64,000 bases of DNA from positions 8,259-72,258 of the forward strand of contig WOYO01000082.1 of assembly GCA_011620765.1 (NCBI GenBank), given 5' to 3'. Source of the stretch: Thermoplasmata archaeon. GTDB taxonomy: Archaea > Thermoplasmatota > UBA186 > UBA287. Positions 59,685-64,000 of the stretch are shown piece by piece. The notes under the pieces are model-generated. The model worked only from the letters and a program-made list of their open reading frames with translations, did not search any database and was not told the DNA's origin. The position numbers were made by a program, and so were the translations under genes. Positions within the stretch are counted from its first letter, which is position 1; each line of letters starts with the position of its first letter.

Positions 59685-60347
59685 ATGGGGACGAGAGAAA
59701 AGTTTGATAAAGATATCAATGAAGTGTACAGGATGCTAGGAGAGATGCGAGATCTGGCCATAGATAGCATCAACTCCTCTATGGAAGCTCTGGATAAACT
59801 GGATGAGGATGCGGCAAAGGTGGCACTGAGAAATGATGTAAAAAGCTATGATCTGATGAGAAACATAGAGAACAGATGCACAGCCCTTCTGATGCTTCAG
59901 GCTCCTGTAGCAAAGGATCTCAGGAAGATAGTTACCGCAATGAAATCCTCTGGTGATCTCAACAGGATTATAAGATATGCAAAGAATATATCCACGCTAG
60001 CTATCGAGATGGTAAAAGAGAAAGATGAGCACTTTAAAAAGCTTATAGGCCTGAAGGGAATGAAAGATAAATCTATAGATATGATCGAAAAAGCCATGAA
60101 AGCCTTGTTAGAGGAGAATAAAAACCTTGCTATGGAAGTGTATAAAGAAGAGGAAGATGTGGACGCTTTATACGAGCAGATATTCAGAGAGCTCATCACA
60201 TATATGGTGGAGGACAACAGGAAGATAACTAGAGGTGTTAGGTACTTACTCGCTGGCAGGTATCTTGAGAGGGTAGCAGATCATGCATGCAACATCGCAG
60301 AAGGAGCCATATATATAACAACCGGGGAGCGTATAGCACCGGATTAG
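59685..60347 (+). CDS. phoU: Phosphate signalling protein PhoU
   Basis: QAPVAKDLR, LERVADHACNIAE. Confidence 0.93.
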   Translation: MGTREKFDKDINEVYRMLGEMRDLAIDSINSSMEALDKLDEDAAKVALRNDVKSYDLMRNIENRCTALLMLQAPVAKDLRKIVTAMKSSGDLNRIIRYAKNISTLAIEMVKEKDEHFKKLIGLKGMKDKSIDMIEKAMKALLEENKNLAMEVYKEEEDVDALYEQIFRELITYMVEDNRKITRGVRYLLAGRYLERVADHACNIAEGAIYITTGERIAPD

Positions 60348-60401
60348 GCATTTATCAAAGATTTAAAGGACGCCCATAGCGTTATTCTAAGCTGGTTGTG
60401 C

Positions 60402-60980
60402 CTAAGATGGGCGGATATTTTTTATCTGCGTGATTGCGCTCTCTATACTTTCAACATCCCTTTGCATGACCGAAACAGCTCTAACAACCATAGGATATTT
60501 CTCTACAAGCTGGTTGAGATCTATATCTAGATCCTCGCTTGTTTGCTGCAGGTCCTCTCTCGTCTGCTGGATAGCAGTTGTGATAGCATTAATCAGCTCC
60601 ATAGGGATACCATAGACAAGGGACAGAGACCGCTCAAGGGTATTCAGAGAAGCGTTTATTCTATCCAGATCTCTTGAGATCACATCATTGTAATCGCGCT
60701 GTAGCGCCGAGACGTCCAGATTTTGGTTGTATACGGTGTTATTATGGCGCAGTGCGTAATCTACATATCCGAAGTAGTTGTTAAGATCTTCTAACAAAAC
60801 CTCAACATTGTTTGTCAGAGATTCAAAAGGGACCATGAGGAGATCATAGGGTTCAACTGCTGGTTGCACAGGCTGCTGGATCTCTGGTTGTGCAGTTTCA
60901 TTTTGTGGCTCCTCCATCGCGGGAGGCATTCCTATACAGCCACAAAGGAGAAGAGCTAGCATAATCACAAGCTTCTTCAT
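60402..60980 (-). CDS. Hypothetical helical lipoprotein
   Basis: MKKLVIMLALLLCGCIG lipobox-type signal, P/Q/E linker, amphipathic helices; start likely 60980. Confidence 0.65.
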   Translation of the reverse strand: MKKLVIMLALLLCGCIGMPPAMEEPQNETAQPEIQQPVQPAVEPYDLLMVPFESLTNNVEVLLEDLNNYFGYVDYALRHNNTVYNQNLDVSALQRDYNDVISRDLDRINASLNTLERSLSLVYGIPMELINAITTAIQQTREDLQQTSEDLDIDLNQLVEKYPMVVRAVSVMQRDVESIESAITQIKNIRPS

Positions 60981-61067
60981 ACTGCACAATATACATTTCT
61001 TTGTATTTAACAATGTCTGCAATGCAAATCAGTAAAATAAATATACGACTTGAGCTCCTTTCTGTTT

Positions 61068-62381
61068 ATGAAAAGAGGGATGGCAGTTTCGATCGCTCTT
61101 GCTATAGCTCTATTAGCACCGGTGGTGCTGTCACAGGACATAAAGAGCATAGTAGAGAATGTAAACGCAACAGGGCAGCTGGAGGTTGTGCACTGGTGGA
61201 CAGCTGGTGGAGAGAAAGAGGGAATAAATGAAGCTCTGAACTATTTTTCACGAATATATCCAAAGGTGAGGGTTATCTCAGGGCCAATAGCTGGAGGTGC
61301 AGGAACAAATCTCAAGCAGGTCGTTAAAACAAGGGTTGTTGCAGGTAATGCTCCTGAGAGCTTTCAGTGTCATGCGGGATATGAGATGTACCCATACTAT
61401 GAGGGTGATCTCCTTTACAACTGTGATGACGTCTGGAGCTATATGGGGCTAGAAAGCGTTACTCCGGATATGATAGAAGAGATATGTAAGATAGACGGGC
61501 ACTACTATTGTGTGCCCATTGGAATACACAGAACTAACGTTGTTTTCTACAACAAAGGGCTCTTTGAAGCGTATGGCGTAGAGGAGCCATCAAGCAACAT
61601 GACCTTGGAGGAATTTTTCGATTTTGCGGCAGAGCTTCAGGAAAAGCTGCCGGAGGGCGTGCGCGCTCTCGGTTTAGGTGATAGAAACAACTGGGAGGCA
61701 ACACACATATTTGAAACCCTCATGCTAGCAGAAAACCCGCGGACCTATGAGAAATTCATAAATGGAAAGGTGACAGCAAAAGAGCTCGTACCAGCTCTCG
61801 AGGCTTTTCAGGAATATCTGGGGTATGTTGCCCCAGATCACAGAGCAAGAACCTGGGATGAAGAATGCGGGATGATCATGCAGGGAAAGGTAGCTATGCT
61901 CATTCATGGAGACTGGGCAAAGGGTTACTTTACCGCAAATGGCTGGGAGTATGGAAAAGACTTTGGTGCTTTTGTTGTCCCGGGGACTGAAGGTTGGTTT
62001 GGAGCCAGCACAGACGCTTTTGTGAGACCGAAGAGCTCAGTGAATCATGAGAACGCTATAAGATGGCAGGCAACATATGTTACGCTGGATGCGCAGAAGG
62101 TGTTCAATCCTGCAAAGGGATCTATATCACCTTATACTCACGTACCAACAACGATCTATGATGAATACTCCAGGGAAGCTGCTGAGGATCTTTACTCCAG
62201 AGATATAAAGATATATCCGAGCATAACCCACGGTTCAGGCTCACCTGAGCAGGTCTTATCGCAATTAAATGTGATAATTGGAGACTTTGCCCAGAACCCA
62301 CAAAACGTCCAGGGAACCGCAAACTCGATAATAAACGCAATAAAGTATGTAGAGCATCCGGTACAGTGGGATATAATTTGA
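61068..62381 (+). CDS. Sugar ABC transporter substrate-binding protein (glucose/mannose-like)
   Basis: Signal peptide; LEVVHWWTAGGE, IHRTN, HGDWAKGY, FNPAKGSI. Confidence 0.9.
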   Translation: MKRGMAVSIALAIALLAPVVLSQDIKSIVENVNATGQLEVVHWWTAGGEKEGINEALNYFSRIYPKVRVISGPIAGGAGTNLKQVVKTRVVAGNAPESFQCHAGYEMYPYYEGDLLYNCDDVWSYMGLESVTPDMIEEICKIDGHYYCVPIGIHRTNVVFYNKGLFEAYGVEEPSSNMTLEEFFDFAAELQEKLPEGVRALGLGDRNNWEATHIFETLMLAENPRTYEKFINGKVTAKELVPALEAFQEYLGYVAPDHRARTWDEECGMIMQGKVAMLIHGDWAKGYFTANGWEYGKDFGAFVVPGTEGWFGASTDAFVRPKSSVNHENAIRWQATYVTLDAQKVFNPAKGSISPYTHVPTTIYDEYSREAAEDLYSRDIKIYPSITHGSGSPEQVLSQLNVIIGDFAQNPQNVQGTANSIINAIKYVEHPVQWDII

Positions 62382-63247
62382 GAGCAAAGAGCGTGCTGGA
62401 GTTCTTGCCATTCATAGTGGCAATAGCTCTGGCCTTTTACTTTATATACGTTGCGATAGGATGGAATGTAATAGTCTCTATCTCTAAATGGGCAGGTCTG
62501 CGGCCTGACTACAGCTTTTCGGGCTTCCAGCAGTATGCGAGAATGGTGGATGATCCCCTCTTCTGGAAATCACTCACCAACACATTTTTCCTGTTTCTGA
62601 TGATGCCTCTATGCATGCTCCTTGGGCTATTAATAGCCATTCTGCTGGATCTCTGCGGAAAAGGTGCCGGGATCTTCAGAAACATCCTGCTTCTCCCTTT
62701 TGCCCTATCCTTTGTGGTAACAGGCACTCTCTGGGCATGGATGTATGCGCCGAGTAATGGGGTGATAAACACTATGCTCAGAGCTTTCGGACTTGAGAGC
62801 CTCACAAGTATGTGGCACACAGGTGAGGGCACAGTGATGTGGTCCATACTACTAGCATTAATATGGCAGTTCTCTGGATATACCGCTCTCATATTCCTGG
62901 CAGGGATAAAATCGGTTGATGAAGACGTAATCGGGGCAGCTAAGGTGGACGGGGCATCCACTTTTCAGATGTACCGGAGGGTAGTGCTTCCACAGCTAGG
63001 GCCATCAGTGCTCACAAATTTTGTTATACTGATGCTTTTTTCTTTAAAAGCCTTTGATTTTATATGGGTGCTTACCAGTGGCGGTCCGGGAACAGCATCC
63101 CATACATTGGCTATACTGATATACCGTGTGCTCTTTGAGCAGACTCAGTTCGCCTATGGCTCTGCTATCTCTGTGATCCTTCTGCTTATAGTGCTTGCCA
63201 TTGTTGTGCCATACATGTACTTTTCATACAGGAGTGCAGAGAGATGA
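62366..63247 (+). CDS. Sugar ABC transporter permease 1
   Basis: PFALSFVVTG, WQFSGY, AAKVDGA, FDFI..LTSGGPG. Confidence 0.9.
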   Translation: MGYNLRAKSVLEFLPFIVAIALAFYFIYVAIGWNVIVSISKWAGLRPDYSFSGFQQYARMVDDPLFWKSLTNTFFLFLMMPLCMLLGLLIAILLDLCGKGAGIFRNILLLPFALSFVVTGTLWAWMYAPSNGVINTMLRAFGLESLTSMWHTGEGTVMWSILLALIWQFSGYTALIFLAGIKSVDEDVIGAAKVDGASTFQMYRRVVLPQLGPSVLTNFVILMLFSLKAFDFIWVLTSGGPGTASHTLAILIYRVLFEQTQFAYGSAISVILLLIVLAIVVPYMYFSYRSAER

Positions 63248-64000
63248 AGGCAAAAGATGTAATAATATATGTTGTGCTCACTATTTTTGCCATCGGAGCT
63301 CTTTTGCCTATCTGGGCTGCCATAACCACATCCTTCAAGAGCTCATATGAGGTTGCAACCACATCACCATTATTCTTCCCAGAGCAGCCGACTCTTGATG
63401 CTTATAGAACCGCCTTTGGTTCATTGAGTCGCCCGTATGTGAATAGCATCCTGATGACGATAGGTGGAGTCATCGGTTCGGTGCTGCTTGGATCTATATG
63501 TGGCTATTTCTTTTCAAAGATAAGGTTCAGGCATGATGAGCTCGTTTTCTACCTTTTAGCTGTGGGTGCTTTTATACCATATCAATCTGTGCTTGTGCCA
63601 TTATACACTACAATAATAGATCTCAATATGTACGGCACAGTTCAGGGGCTGATATTAACGCATACCGCTTATGGTATACCCATGTGTACAGTGCTCTTCA
63701 GAAGTTTTTACACTGCTGTGCCTGATGATCTCATAGATGCTGCAAAGGTGGATGGTGCGGGTGCATGGAGAATATATTTCAACATTCTGCTTCCGGTGAC
63801 ACTTCTTTCGATGGTTATAGTTGTTGTGTTCCAGTTCACCTCAATATGGAATGAATTTCTCTTCGGGCTAATTCTTGGAGGTGGCGAGATGCAGGCAATG
63901 CCTGTGACGGTGGCTCTTAACAACCTCAAGGGCAGCCTCGTAGCTCAGTGGAATGTGCAGATGGCAGGAGCCTTACTTGTAGCTCTCCCTGTGCTTTTGC
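63244..64000 (+). CDS. Sugar ABC transporter permease 2 (truncated by window end)
   Basis: Manual translation MKAKDVIIY...TTSFKS...DAAKVDGAG...FTSIWNEFLF; ATGA overlap with upstream permease. Confidence 0.88.
   Translation, partial: MKAKDVIIYVVLTIFAIGALLPIWAAITTSFKSSYEVATTSPLFFPEQPTLDAYRTAFGSLSRPYVNSILMTIGGVIGSVLLGSICGYFFSKIRFRHDELVFYLLAVGAFIPYQSVLVPLYTTIIDLNMYGTVQGLILTHTAYGIPMCTVLFRSFYTAVPDDLIDAAKVDGAGAWRIYFNILLPVTLLSMVIVVVFQFTSIWNEFLFGLILGGGEMQAMPVTVALNNLKGSLVAQWNVQMAGALLVALPVLL

Noticed and set aside
1-64000. Numerous antisense or alternate-frame ORFs of 60-240 aa, and any defence island or prophage
   Set aside because: The ORFs lie within well-supported genes and have atypical composition; no nuclease, integrase, capsid or transposase motifs were recognised

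Overview
Gene-dense archaeal chromosome segment, Euryarchaeota/Thermoplasmatota-like. Diagnostic genes include Rpo4/Rpo11, Csl4, Dph2, L21e, L40e, LonB, an alpha2-type EndA, archaeal AlaRS/ProRS/TrpRS/PheT, TruD and Pus10. Most genes are housekeeping or heterotrophic metabolism: peptide, sugar and phosphate ABC transporters, amino-acid catabolism, nucleoside salvage and Fe/Zn homeostasis. No CRISPR array, rRNA, integrase or transposase was seen. The most striking feature is not in the ORF track: a tRNA-Ser(CGA) gene (10436-10617) interrupted in its T-loop (position 59/60) by a 98-nt, highly structured intron with a relaxed bulge-helix-bulge motif and two related palindromic hairpins. The only splicing endonuclease in the window is of the normally strict alpha2 type. 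Other points of note are a beta-PGM/trehalose-6-P phosphatase/GH65 triple fusion, a guanylate-kinase-like gene, a SecB-like protein with an HbYX-like tail, a DtxR operator palindrome, a 78-bp identical block shared by dppD and dppF, a MarC pseudogene and several small ORFs missed by the track. All family assignments come from motif recognition by eye; no searches were run.
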